In this document: positions 12,001-23,841 of the stretch, piece by piece
Numbering within the stretch: the stretch's first letter is position 1
Layout: every line of letters begins with the position of its first letter
Assembly (NCBI GenBank): GCA_950097015.1
Contig: CATNEN010000005.1
Coordinates: 1,798,001 to 1,862,000 of the forward strand
Length of the DNA stretch: 64,000 nt
Origin: Macrostomum hystrix
Lineage: Eukaryota; Animalia; Platyhelminthes
Direction: 5' to 3'
The notes under the pieces: generated by a model
Database searches by the model: none
The model's input: only the letters and a program-made list of their open reading frames with translations
What the model was told of the DNA's origin: nothing
Translations under genes and position numbers: made by a program

Positions 12001-15000
12001 GCGTTAGCTCTCGCGCCAAGGACCCTATGTTCGATTCCGCGGCGAGGCCGCCGCCGAGAGAAGGCTTGGGGGTTTGTCATGAAATTTACGCTCTTGCTGG
12101 TCAACAGTGAAATGTACACTGCCTGACGGTTAGAAAGTGTCAGGGCAGATGTGCACACATGTGTGAACGTGTGCCTGCGTACGGTGTCTGTGTGTGTGTG
12201 CTCAGGAGTCAGCGAAATGGGCAGAATTGCCTCCTCGCTGGCTGAGTGTCTACTGAAGGGGTCGGCAAACTCCGGCCCGCAGGCCAGATGCGGCCCTCGA
12301 AGCTCCCAAATCCGGCCCGTTGCCCCTTCTGACATCTACAGTGTCCTGTTTCATCTCTCCCGTGTCTAATCTCTCCCGTGTCTTATCTCTCCCGTGTCTT
12401 ATCTCTCCCGTGTCTAATCTCTCCCGTGTCTCATCTCTCCCGTGTCTAATCTCTCCCGTGTCTAATCTCTCCCGTGTCTAATCTCTCCCGTGTCTCATCT
12501 CTCGCGTGTCTCATCTCTCCCGTGTCTAATCTCTCCCGTGTCTCATCTCTCGCGTGTCTCATCTCTCCCGTGTCTAATCTCTCCCGTGTCTTACCTCTCC
12601 CGTGTCTAATCTCTCCCATGTCTCATCTCTCCCATGTCTAATCTCTCCCGTGTCTAATCTCTCCCGTGTCTAATCTCTCCCGTTTCTCATCTCTCGCGTG
12701 TCTCATCTCTCCCGTTTCTCATCTCTCCCGTGTCTCATCTCTCCCGTGTCTCATCTCTCGCGTGTCTCATCTCTCCCGTTTCTCATCTCTCCCGTGTCTC
12801 ATCTCTCCCGTGTCTCATCTCTCCCGTGTCTCATCTCTCCCTTATCTCATATTTATACAGTCAATGCGGCCCGCTGTCGTCTTTTATGTTCTCTCTTTGG
12901 CCCGCCAGCAAATAAGTTTGCCTACCCCTGGTCTAGTGTCACTAAATCATGCGCCATTGCCCGCAGCCCTCCTGCCATTGTTATTATTATTATTATTATT
13001 ATTATAAGGCAGACAGGCATATGAAATTTGAGAACACGGGCTATTGCACCTTCTGAAACGATATTCAATTCGAGATATTCAACGGTTCTGACCGAAGGTC
13101 AGATTTTTTCATTAGAGCTAGTGTATTTCATACATTCCTAAACAAGAATTAGCACTGCGCCTCAGTGCGGCTTTGCCAGGCCTTCAAACTTTATCAGCAC
13201 GTCGCCCGAATGTGCCTGGTTGCTCTTGCTAGCTCTTTTTTTATTAACGCTATAAAAATGAAACTTGCTTGTTACACCCACACCAGATACGACGGACTGA
13301 GCGGCACAGCAGCTACCGACGAGTCCGCAGCAGCCGACGTGTGCCTAATTGGCAAAGGCGTCACCTTTGATTCGGGCGGCATCAGTATCAAACCGTCGGC
13401 TAACATGGCGGATATGCGTGGCGACATGGGCGGCGCTGCGGTAGCTCTGAGCAGTTTCCTAGCCGCCTGTGAGCTCCGACTGCCGCTAAGGCTGGTGCTG
13501 TGTACTCCGCTGTGCGAGAACATGCCAGATGGGGGCGCTGTTAAGCCCGGTGATGTCATTGAACTGGCCGCAGGAAATCTCACCTGCCGAGTAGATAATA
13601 CTGATGCCGAAGGTGAGGCATGGACATCTTGCCTTATTAGCGGGGTTTCTAGTCTAATTAGTGCTGGGGTTTCTAGCCTAATTAGTGCTGGGTTTGTAGC
13701 CTAATTAGTTCTGGGGGTTCTAGCCTAATTAGTGCTGGTTTTCTAGCCTAATTAGTGCTGGGTTTGTAGCCTAATTAGTGCTATGGGTTCTAGCCTAACT
13801 AGTGCTTTGGTTTCTTGCCTAATTAGTGCTGGGTTTTTTGCCTAATTAGTGCTGGGGGTTCTAGCCTAATTAGTGCTGGGTTTGCAGCCTAATTAGTGCT
13901 GGTTTTCTAGCCTAATTAGTGCTGGGTTTGTAGCCTAATTAGTTCTGGGTTTGTAGACTAATTAGTGCTGGGTTTGTAGCCTAATTAGTGCTATGGGTTC
14001 TAGCCTAACTAGTGCTTTGGTTTCTTGCCTAATTAGTGCTGGGTTTTTTGCCTAATTAGTGCTGGGGGTTCTAGCCTAATTAGTGCTGGGTTTGCAGCCT
14101 AATTAGTGCTGGGGTTTCTAGCCTAATTAGTGCTGGGGGTTCTAGCCTAATTAGTGCTGGGTTTATAGCCTAATTAGTGCTGGGTTTATAGCCTAATTAG
14201 TGCTGGGTTTGTAGCCTAATTAGTGCTGGGGTTTCTAGCCTAATTAGTGCTGGGGGTTCTAGCCTAATTAGTGCTGGGGTTCTAGCCTAATTAGTGCTGG
14301 GGTTTCTAGCCTAATTAGTGCTGGGTTTGTAGCCTAATTAGTGCTGGGGTTTCTAGCCTAATTAGTGCTGGGGTTTCTAGCCTAATTAGTGCTGGGTTTC
14401 TAGCCTAATTAGTGCTGGGTTTCTAGCCTAATTAGTGCTGGGGTTTCTAGCCTAATTAGTGCTGGGTTTGTAGCCTAATTAGTGCTGGGGGTTCTAGCCT
14501 AATTAGTGCTGGGTTTGTAGCCTAATTAGTCCTGGTGTTTCTAGTCTAACTTTGTTATCAGTAGTTTGGCAAGCTTCTAGTCTAGCTATCCTGAATTTGA
14601 ATCCATTCTATCGCATTGTTAAGGCCGTTTAATCCTAGCGGACGCGCTTCACTACGCCACAAACAATGGGCAGCACCCGCGCCTAATCCTGGATTTAGCC
14701 ACCCTCACCGGAGCCATCGCCATCGCATTGGGCGGACAGCGAGCCGGATTGTTTGCCAATCGAGCAGCCAGATTGGCCAGATATGAGCGACGACTGTTGG
14801 ATAGCGGCTTCGTCAGGGGCGACCCGTTGCATCCAATGCCAACCGATAGGCGCTACAGGGCGGCTGTGCAGGATAAATCTGGTACGTGGGATTAGCGCGT
14901 CATTGATCGCAACCAATCTGAGATTGGAGGCACTGTGGCATCGTCCCGAATCCCCAGATGCGCCTTTTCAAATCCCCAGATGCGCCTTTTCAAATCCCCA

Positions 15001-16056
15001 GATGCGCCTTTTCAAATCCCCAGATGCGCCTTTTCAAATCCCCAGATGCGCCTTTTCAAATCCCCAGATGCGCCTTTCCAAATCCCCAGATGCGTCTTCC
15101 CGAATCCCCAGATGCGCATTTCCAAATCCCCAGATGCGTCTTCCCGAATCCCCAGATGCGCCTTCCCGAATCCCCAGATGCGCCTTCCCGAATCCCCAGA
15201 TGCGCCTTCCAAATCCCCAGATGCGCCTTCCCGAATCCCCAGATGCGCCTTTCCAAATCCCCAGATGCGTCTTCCCGAATCCCCAGATGCGCCTTCCCGA
15301 ATCCCCAGATGCGCCTTCCCGAATCCCCAGATGCGCCTTTCCAAATCCCCAGATGCGTCTTCCCAAATCCCCAGATGCGTCTTCCCAAATCCCCAGATGC
15401 GTCTTCCCGAATCCCCAGATGCGTCTTCCCGAATCCCCAGATGCGCCTTTCCAAATCCCCAGATGCGCCTTTCCAAATCCCCAGATGCGTCTTCCCAAAT
15501 CCCCAGATGCATCTTCCCAAATCCCAGGATGCATCTTCCCAAATCCCAGGATGCGCCTTCCCGAATCCACAGTAGGATCTTCCTAAATCCCCAGTAAGAT
15601 CTTCCCAAATCCCCAGTAAGATCTTCCCAAATCCCCAGTAAGATCTTCCCAAATCCCCAGTAAGATCTTCCCAAATCCACACTAAGATCTTCGGAAATCC
15701 CAAGGGATGCCTTACCTAATTCTAAGTCAGACCTTCCCAAATCCTGAAAGACGTCACCCCTAAAATCCCCCTAAAATCACCCCGTAGATTTGCTCAAAGC
15801 CTTACCATCATCCTCAGGCTTGGCCGATCTCTCCAACATCGGCACCCCGGATCGCATGGCTGGCGCATGTACAGCAGCGGCGTTCTTGTCGCATTTCGTG
15901 CCGGCCTCCGTGCCATGGATGCACATCGACATGGCCGGAGTTATGGACAGCGACGGTGGCGGCGGCGGCGGCTCCTCAGCTGGCAGGAAAATGAGCGGGC
16001 GGCCCACTCGCGCTGTGGTACAATTTCTGCGGGCTCTGGCCGCTGACCGAAAGTGA
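9007..16056 (+). CDS. LAP3: Cytosol/mitochondrial leucine aminopeptidase, M17 family (LAP3-like), 6 exons, 627 aa
   Basis: join(9007..9174,9526..9933,11333..11787,13287..13612,14624..14881,15788..16056) = 1884 nt, all GT-AG, phases 0,0,2,1,1 consistent. Motifs [44 protein letters not shown] and GRPTR; metal ligands intact. The basic N-terminus resembles a mitochondrial presequence. Confidence 0.93.
9293..9500. repeat. Minisatellite, 23-bp unit, ~9 copies (LAP intron 1)
   Basis: Unit CAGATCCCCTTCGAACTC(T/C)CCTT. Confidence 0.95.
9985..11125. repeat. Minisatellite, 23-bp unit, ~50 copies (LAP intron 2)
   Basis: Unit CATTCAGCATCTTCCTCAGGC(TG/CA). Confidence 0.97.
12256..12930. mobile_element. 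Charlie-type hAT MITE nested in SINE2
   Basis: TIRs AAGGGGTCGGCAAACT (12256-12271) and AGTTTGCCTACCCCTG (12915-12930), 14/16 match. 8-bp TSD GTCTACTG / GTCTAGTG. Subterminal GGCCCG motifs at both ends. Confidence 0.85.
12353..12850. repeat. Minisatellite, 16-bp unit, ~31 copies, inside the MITE
   Basis: Unit TCT(C/A)ATCTCTCCCGTG. Confidence 0.97.
13630..14548. repeat. Minisatellite, 23-24-bp unit, ~39 copies (LAP intron 4)
   Basis: Unit CTAGCCTAATTAGTGCTGGG(G)TTT. Confidence 0.97.
14944..15700. repeat. Minisatellite, 22-bp unit, ~34 copies (LAP intron 5)
   Basis: Unit AATCCCCAGATGCGCCTT(CCCG/TTCA), grading into CCCCAGTAAGATCTTCCCAAAT at the 3' end. Confidence 0.97.
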
Positions 16057-16119
16057 TCTGTCTGGGTAGGTTTAGTAACTATGCACAGCCCCGTAATTAT
16101 CACTGCATTCTCGTCCAAC

Positions 16120-16674
16120 CCATCCTGTAACTGTACCCCGTCCTGTTACTGTACCTGATCCTGTACACCTCATCTCGTTACTGTACCCGATCCTGAACAC
16201 CATATCTCATTTCTGTACCTGATCCTGAACACCCCATCTCCTGTGCCCAATCCTGTACACCCCATCTCGTTACTGTACCTGATCCTGTACACCCCATCTC
16301 GTTACTGTACCTGATCCTGTACACCCCATCTCGTTACTGTACCTGATCCTGTACACCCCATCTCGTTACTGTACCTAATCTTGTACACCCCATCTCGTTA
16401 CTGTACCTGGTCCTGTACACCCCATCTCGTTACTGTACCTGATCCTGTACACCCCATCTCGTTACTCTACCTGATCCTGTACACCCCATCTCGTTACTGT
16501 ACCTGATCTTGTACACCCCATCTCGTTACTGTACCTGGTCCTGTACACCCCATCTCGTTACTGTACCTGATCCTGTACACCCCATCTCGTTACTGTACCT
16601 GATCCTGTACACCCCATCTCGTTACTGTACCTGATCCTGTACACCCCATCTCGTTACTGTACCTGATCCTGTAC
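16120..16674. repeat. Minisatellite, 32-bp unit, ~17 copies, just after the LAP stop codon
   Basis: Unit CATCTCGTTACTGTACCTGATCCTGTACACCC. Confidence 0.95.
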
Positions 16675-17274
16675 TGCCATGTAGCCGATTGCCGATTATG
16701 TATTTCAAGTCCTCTAAAGATACTTTACCTGGTAAAACTTTATTATGAACTTAAACCAAATCTTTAAAGCCGCTCCAATTAAATTAAACTCATGCATATT
16801 CTATAAAAATTGCTTGAAATTTGGTATTAGTAAATGTGCATGTTCGTCGAATTAGAAAATATAATGTTCAAAGCAGTGTCTTCTTAGAATCAAGGTGTGA
16901 AAATTTCTTTGAGTAGTTTTTTTGTTTTGAAATACGAGCTAAAAATAGCTTTTTGTTTATTTTTTTTTCTAAGAAATGAATTAACCACTCTTTAATGCAT
17001 GTAAGTCTTCAATCAGCAGTGGAGCTAGGCCTGATAAAACTGAACAGGGCTTCATGCTTTTAGACGTTAGACGATTTCTAAAAGGCCTATCAAAGTCATA
17101 TCTAAATGTGCCATCCAAAACTGGTTTCTATTCAGTGATTTCAGCTCTCAAAATGTTTGTTTCATGAATGCTTTGGAATCTGTCTTGAGGGCAGGTAGAA
17201 CTCAAGCTTCGCTACTTGCTATCCCATATTCTTCAAATCATTTATTTTACATTTACATACCATTCTGTCCAGAT

Positions 17275-18468
17275 CCCATCTCTCTCATCCCATTTCATTT
17301 CCTCCAAATCCCACATCTTTCATCCCATTCCATTTCCTCCAAATCCCACATCTTTTATCCCATTCCATTTCCTCCAAATCCCACACCTTTCATCCCATCT
17401 CATTTCCTCCAAATCCCACATCTTTCATCCCATCCCATTTCCTCCAAATCCCACATCTTTCATCCCATCCCATTTCCTCCAAATCCCACATCTTTCATCC
17501 CATCCCATATCCTCCAAATCCCACATCTTTCATCCCATCCAATTTCCTCAAAATCCTACATCTTTCATCCCATCCCATTTCCTCCAAATCCCACATTTTT
17601 CATCCCATCCCATTTCCTCCAAATCCTACATCTTTCATCCCATCTCATTTCCTCCAAATCCCACATCTTTCATCCCATCCCATTTCCTCCAAATCCCACA
17701 TCTTTCATCCTATCCCATTACCTTCAAATCCCACATCTTTCATCCCATCCCATTTCCTCGATCCAAATCCCACACCTTTCATCCCATCCCATTTCCTCCA
17801 AATCCCACACCTTTCATCCCACCCCATTTCCTCCAAATCCCACTTCTTTCATCCTATCCCAGTACCTTCAAATCCCACATCTTTCATCCCATCCCATTTC
17901 CTCGATCCAAATCCCACACCTTTCATCCCATCCCATTTCCTCCAAATCCCACTTCTTTCATCCTATCCCATTACCTTCAAATCCCACATCTTTCATCCCA
18001 TCCCATTTCCTCGATCCAAATCCCACACCTTTCATCCCATCCCATTTCCTCCAAATCCCACACCTTTCATCCCATCCCATTTCCTCCAAATCCCACATCT
18101 TTCATCCCATTCCATTTCCTCCAAATCCCACATCTTTCATCCTATCCCATTGCCTCCAAATCCCACACCTTTCATCCCATCCCATTTCCTCCAAATCCCA
18201 CACCTTTCATCCCATCCCATTTCCTCCAAATCCCACACCTTTCATCCAATCCCATTTCCTCCAAATCCTACACCTTTCATCCCATCCCATTCCGTTCAAA
18301 TCCCGCACCTTTCATCCCATCCCATTTCCTCCAAATCCCACACCTTTCATCCCATCCCATTTCCTCCAAATCCTACACCTTTCATCCCATCCCATTCCGT
18401 TCAAATCCCGCACCCTTCATGCCATCCCATTTCCTCCAAACCCCAAATCTTTCATCCCATTCACTTCC
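17275..18468. repeat. Minisatellite, ~35-bp unit, ~34 copies
   Basis: Unit TTCCTCCAAATCCCACATCTTTCATCCCATCCCAT. Confidence 0.95.
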
Positions 18469-19194
18469 CTTTAAATATCCAATTTCGTGTTTTTCTCAGC
18501 TGCCGCTGCCTACAAGCCAAATCCCATTCACAGCAATGTCACCCAAACCAGAATTGTCCCAACTCATCTATCAAGTTTAGCCGGAAAGGAACTAGTGTTT
18601 TCCTATTCTGTGACCTCCGTTTGTACCCAGTGCCAGGGACCAACTCATTGCATAGCAACGATAGATGATTTATAAATAACATGAACTTAACTTTCAGTTG
18701 AAACCTTGTCAACGGAAAACTCTCAACAATGGGTCACGTCAATCTTTATTTATTTTTCTTTGAGCAGTAATCGCCTGGTATCCGTGACAGGAGGGATTTT
18801 GAGAGCAAGAGATAGATAGATGTCTTTGTCAGGCGGATGTGAGTTTCGGCTTTGGGATCGGGAAATTTTGGTGTTGAGAAAGTCGTGAAACCAAGCAGGC
18901 CTTTGAAGAGAAGGAATGGGGTTCTTGTCTTCATATTTCAATCAGTTCAATTGGCTCTATCGCATTCTTTGATATAATTATTTTGCTGAAATCTTTAATC
19001 TGCCTCAAAGCAATGATGCTCTTGTGGGTGTCAGATTCAGGCCTAGGTTGAAGATTTTTCGCTTAATTAGTCAGTCATCTCACATCACTGCTCAGGAAAA
19101 CAGGAAATCTGAAATTTGATCAACGATTTAGAAGATAAATTCTGTGTTGAATATTTTTATGCAAGAATTTTTATCGCCTGTAGCTACATAATAA

Positions 19195-19938
19195 AGTGTC
19201 TTGAAGGGTGTCTTATGTACCTGGAGTGTCTTGAAGGGTGTCTTATGTACCTGAAGTGTCTTGGAGTGTGTCTTATGTACCTGGAGTGTCTTGGAGTGTG
19301 TCTTATGTACCTGAAGTGTCTTGCAGTGTGTCTTATGTACCTGGAGTGTCTTGCAGTGTGTCTTATGTACCTGGAGTGTCTTGGAGTGTGTCTTATGTAC
19401 CTGAAGTGTCTTGCAGTGTGTCTTATGTACCTGGAGTGTCTTGGAGTGTGTCTTGTGTACCTGGAGTGTTTCGAACAGTGTCTTATGTACCTGAAGTGTC
19501 TTGCAGTGTGTCTTATGTACCTGGAGTGTCTTGGAGTGTGTCTTATGTACCTGGAGTGTCTTGGAGTGTGTCTTATGTACCTGGAGTGTTTTGGAGTGTG
19601 TCTTATGTACCTGAAGTGTCTTGCAGTGTGTCTTATGTACCTGAAGTGTCTTGCAGTGTGTCTTATGTACCTGGAGTGTCTTGGAGTGTGTCTTATGTAC
19701 CTGAAGTGTCTTGCAGTGTGTCTTATGTACCTGGAGTGTCTTGGAGTGTGTCTTATGTACCTGAAGTGTCTTGGAGTGTGTCTTATGTACCTGGAGTGTC
19801 TTGGAGTGTGTCTTGTGTACCTGGAGTGTTTCGAACGGTGTCTTATGTACCTGAAGTGTCTTGGAGTGTCTTTTGTACCTGAAGTGTCTTGCAGTGTGTC
19901 TTAAGTACCTGGAGTGTCTTGGAGTGTGTCTTATGTAC
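19195..19938. repeat. Minisatellite, 30-bp unit, ~25 copies
   Basis: Unit TTG(G/C)AGTGTGTCTTATGTACCTG(G/A)AGTGTC. Confidence 0.97.
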
Positions 19939-20360
19939 CCGTACTAATGTACCATAGCATTAAGTGTATGTAAGAATGCATAGTTTACCATAGCAGCTTT
20001 TTATGTACTCAAATCAGCCAAGTGCTTTATTTTCCTAGAAGTGCAGCCAAAAATAACATCTCCAAGTAAACACTTGTGCGTGGGTTGAGTGTGACCAGCA
20101 GATGGTGTTGCATTATACATATTGGACAGCCTTGACAGCTCTCGGGGTTTGAAGTCCTTCTCAACGACTAACCGCTGATAGGTGAAGCTTAACTAAATCT
20201 CATTTTCCTAATCGATTGATTGAGGCATCGATCGGAACTGCAGAGGAAGCTGCATGGCATCCCAAAGTGTGTACACTGGGCCATTGTAGCGAAACCCGTT
20301 GAAACGAAACCTTGTTGAAATCATGTTTGGGATCATTTTTGTCACAGGCCTAGCACTGTT

Positions 20361-20559
20361 GGGCCAGATGTACAGCCACAGCCTTCCAAAGCTGTGTACA
20401 ACTGTTCAGTCCATGGACTGTGGAGGCCCACCCGAATTTCTACACCAGCTGATAGCCAATTTACAAGTGAGTAAAATAATGAATTTTCTTCCCTTTGGCC
20501 TGAGAATCGAACTCTTGACCTCCTAGTCACAATCGCAAATCTCTAATTACTGGGCTGCA
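20361..20559 (-). mobile_element. Divergent SINE1-related copy
   Basis: Minus-strand head TGCAGCCCAGTAATTAGAG...GTTCGATTCTC; tail carries CAGTCCATGGACTG, and GGGCCAGATGT(A/G)CAGC is shared with the other SINE1 copies; middle differs. Confidence 0.6.
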
Positions 20560-21079
20560 GTGATTTCCCCTATCTCTACTGGATAATTTTTTGCTGTGAA
20601 AGATAAAAGAACTCACTTCTTTGCAACATTTTCCCAATTTTTGAGTCGCTCCAATCAGTGGCAACATACATCCAAGTGCTCAACTGAGATGATCAGTTAG
20701 TATCTGTGCATGTCGTTTGCCTAATGAGGCTGCATGCTAATACTCCACATATACCTATCTAGTCTGTAGATAGGCCTCATTTCCTACATACTAAAATTCA
20801 TTACATTCTAGCCACTTCAATAGTAGCCTGATAATAAGTAGTGTAAAGTACTTTTTGTATGCTTTAGTAATTTGAGTACATGAGGACTCATTTGTAATCA
20901 CTTTTTGATGTGTGAACTAATAGATGGGCTGGCGACACAGACTAAATATCTCTTATTTCGTATGTGTCAGAAGTGCAGCTAAAATCAAATTAATGCGGCT
21001 CAATTCTGGAAAATACAGATCCTCGTTTTCAGATCCCGTTGTTTACTTGGCAGGGAGATTGTCAATCCTAAGGATTACT

Positions 21080-21628
21080 TCCAGATCCTCAGGTTTGAGC
21101 TGTGATTGTCTCAGATCCTCAGGTTCGAGCTGCCATTGTGTCAGATCCTCATGTTTAAGCTGTCATTGTCTCAGATCCCCAGGTTCGAGCTGCCATTGTC
21201 TCAGATCCCCAGGTTCGAGCTGCCATTGTGTCAGATCCTCATGTTTAAGCTGTCATTGTCTCAGATCCCCAGGTTCGAGCTGCCATTGTGTCAGATCCTC
21301 ATGTTTAAGCTGTCATTGTCTCAGATCCCCAGGTTCGAGCTGCCATTGTCTCAGATCCCCAGGTTTGAGCTGCCATTGTCTCAGATCCTCATGTTTAAGC
21401 TGTCATTGTCTCAGATCCCCAGGTTCGAGCTGCCATTGTCTCAGATCCCCAGGTTTGAGCTGCCATTGTCTCAGATCCCCAGGTTCGAGCTGCCATTGTC
21501 TCAGATCCCCAGGTTCGAGCTGCCATTGTGTCAGATCCTCAGGTTTAAGCTGTCGTTGTCTCAGATCCTCACTTTTGAGCTGTGATTGTATCAGATCCTC
21601 ACTTTTGAGCTGTCACTGTGTCAGATCT
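21080..21628. repeat. Minisatellite, 30-bp unit, ~18 copies
   Basis: Unit CAGATCCCCAGGTTCGAGCTGCCATTGTCT, interspersed with CAGATCCTCATGTTTAAGCTGTCATTGTCT. Confidence 0.97.
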
Positions 21629-22778
21629 CACCAGCGACTCAAATTGCAGTGTCAAAATTCAGTATTCTTGCTACAACAAGCCACTCACACAGATAACTTG
21701 TTGAGCAGCTGAAATAAATCCATATTTAATGTGCCTTAGAATCTGAGAACACAGTTTGAACATCTTCGCTCCCTTTTGTTATAGTTTAATATTTGCAGTG
21801 TGCCATCTGCTTGCTAGTAGGACAAGAGCTGGTGCAGCGATGTGGGCAGCTGAGAGACCGTGAGATGGAGAGCCAGTAACTGAGTAACAAGAGCCTTGAC
21901 TGCATTTGTCAGTGAAAGTGATCAATAAAATAATTGATTGGCAAAGCGACCAGACGCCTCACAGTCGACTCAAACAGCGCTGCTCAATCTGCGGTTTTGA
22001 GCAGTGCTCAGGCAAAGCAGTTTATCGCACTGGCGAGTAAAAGTACATTTGCAGTAGCTAAATACCGCCTGTTTGATTTGTCAGTTATCCTTTAATGGGA
22101 TAATTTTTTTAAAAATAGCAATGCAATGATTTCTATCGTGTTTGAGTCCAATCTGTTGATTCTATTTAAGTTAACGCGAGTCGCATTTTCAATATTGAAA
22201 TAGCTAAACTCATCTTGTCCATGTAAATAGAAAATAGCAGACTCAGTACTAAATACACACCATATTACTGGTGTCATTGATATTTTTCAACTACTTTAAA
22301 GAGTTCAGGCCGAAACAAATATTTTAATTATAATATTAGGCGCCATGTAGCGCCTTATTAAACGAATTGAGTCTTCGCATACTTAAGAGCCAGTGTTGAC
22401 GGCCTGAAAGAATCGAAAACGGCTGGCCGAAGCCCTCTAGTCGAGAATCAAATATTTTAACCAAGAGATAAGGAGGGGCAGAAGGGTAACACGAGTAAGG
22501 ACGGGCCAGAGGGTAAGAGCTGAAAAGGAGAGGGTGAGGAAAGAGAGACGACCAGACGAGCCAATCAGAGATGATGGAAAGGAAAGAGAAGTGAAGGTTA
22601 GATAATAAGTTGAACAGATAGAGGGAGATAGGAGAAAGTACAAATAAGAAGGATAAGAGCGAGCGTAAACAACTTAAACAAGCACAGAGAAGGGGGAAGT
22701 AAAGGACAGGGTAATTTATATATTTCAAATAATTTTAGTCTACCAATGTTAAGTAATGTCACTTTAAAAATAGCAGAG

Positions 22779-22915
22779 AAATGTACACTGGAGTGTACAT
22801 TTTTCATTGTCAGGCAGTGTACACTCTCAACTGTGCCTTTCCAGCGCCCTAAATTAATAATGCCTGGCCGCGGATTCGAGCTCATGACCTTCAGTGCGAC
22901 ATGCGTGCCAAATAC
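22779..22915 (-). mobile_element. Degenerate SINE2 copy
   Basis: Minus strand GCTCGAATCCGCGGCCAGGC...GAGAGTGTACACTGCCTGAC matches the SINE2 head and body; ends in the hairpin AAATGTACACT-GG-AGTGTACATTT (22779-22802). Confidence 0.6.
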
Positions 22916-23407
22916 TTTCTCTCGCTACGGGAAGTTATTTAGATTAGAAAATTGCCAGGCCACTCAAATAGACGGGAAAACACAGCCTCCACACAGCTCC
23001 AGCATTTTCTTTGCAGATTTCCCCTTCCATTCTCTGTCTCTCCAAGCCAGAGTCCTCTGTATTTTCTTCCCACCAGAAGTCCCCAGCGGTTTTGAGGAGA
23101 AAATTGAGCTCAGTCGACCACGCAGCCCGCTAAAAATGCTATGGAGCAGGCACCGCTCAATTTTCAGGGCCGCGTTGGAAGCGACTTGTGGGACGGAATT
23201 GAGAAACTTTCCTAAGGAGAGTCCACGCCTGCATATGTGAGGGCGTTTGAGCTGGCAGATTGCTTTTTTAGTTGCAACACCATTTTTCTCTAACCTGATT
23301 AGGGATATAAGTAAATGAGCCCAGCTAGGTAAGAAAAGTTCTGGGCATCGAAAGTTACTTAGAGATAAGGTAGAGATTAGAGAGATTAGAGACAAGCTAA
23401 CAGCACA

Positions 23408-23841
23408 ATCCCATCTCTCTCATCCCATCTCTCTTATCCCATCTCTCTGATCCCATCTCTCTCATCCCATCTCTCTCATCCCATCTCTCTCATCCCATCT
23501 CTCTCATCCCATCTCTCTCATCCCATCCCTCTCATCCCATCTCTCTCATCCCATCTCTCTCATCCCATCTCTCTCATCCCATCTCTCTCATCCCATCTCT
23601 CTCATCCCATCCCTCTCATCCCATCTCTCTCACCCCATCCTCTCTCATCCCATCTCTCTTATCCCATCTCTCTCATCCCATCCCTCTCATCCCATCTCTT
23701 TCATCCCATCCCTCTCATCCCATCCCTCTCATCCCATCTCTTTCATCCCATCCCTCTCATCCCATCTCTCTCATCCCATCTCTCTCATCCCATCTCTTTC
23801 ATCCCATCTCTCTCATCCCATCTCTCTCATCCCATCTCTCA
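23408..23841. repeat. Minisatellite, 14-bp unit, ~31 copies
   Basis: Unit CATCCCATCTCTCT. Confidence 0.97.

Larger units (their letters stand above)
11977..13005 (+). mobile_element. tRNA-derived SINE family 2, full length, carrying a nested MITE (LAP intron 3)
   Basis: A-box-like TGGCGAAGCGTTAG, B-box GTTCGATTCC (12029-12038), (TTA)n tail 12979-13005, and an exact 13-bp TSD AAGGCAGACAGGC at 11964-11976 and 13006-13018. Confidence 0.88.

Noticed and set aside
19116-21712. Cys-rich ORFs resembling metallothionein or keratin-associated proteins (19116..19904, 20924..21712; also 41686..42384)
   Set aside because: A unit length divisible by 3 explains the open frame. There is no signal peptide or conserved flank, and the 41686 ORF is antisense within the SLC22 intron.
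22964-23395. Penelope-like retroelement N-terminal fragment
   Set aside because: The resemblance is vague, with no RT or GIY-YIG motifs. A tblastn/HMM search would be needed.
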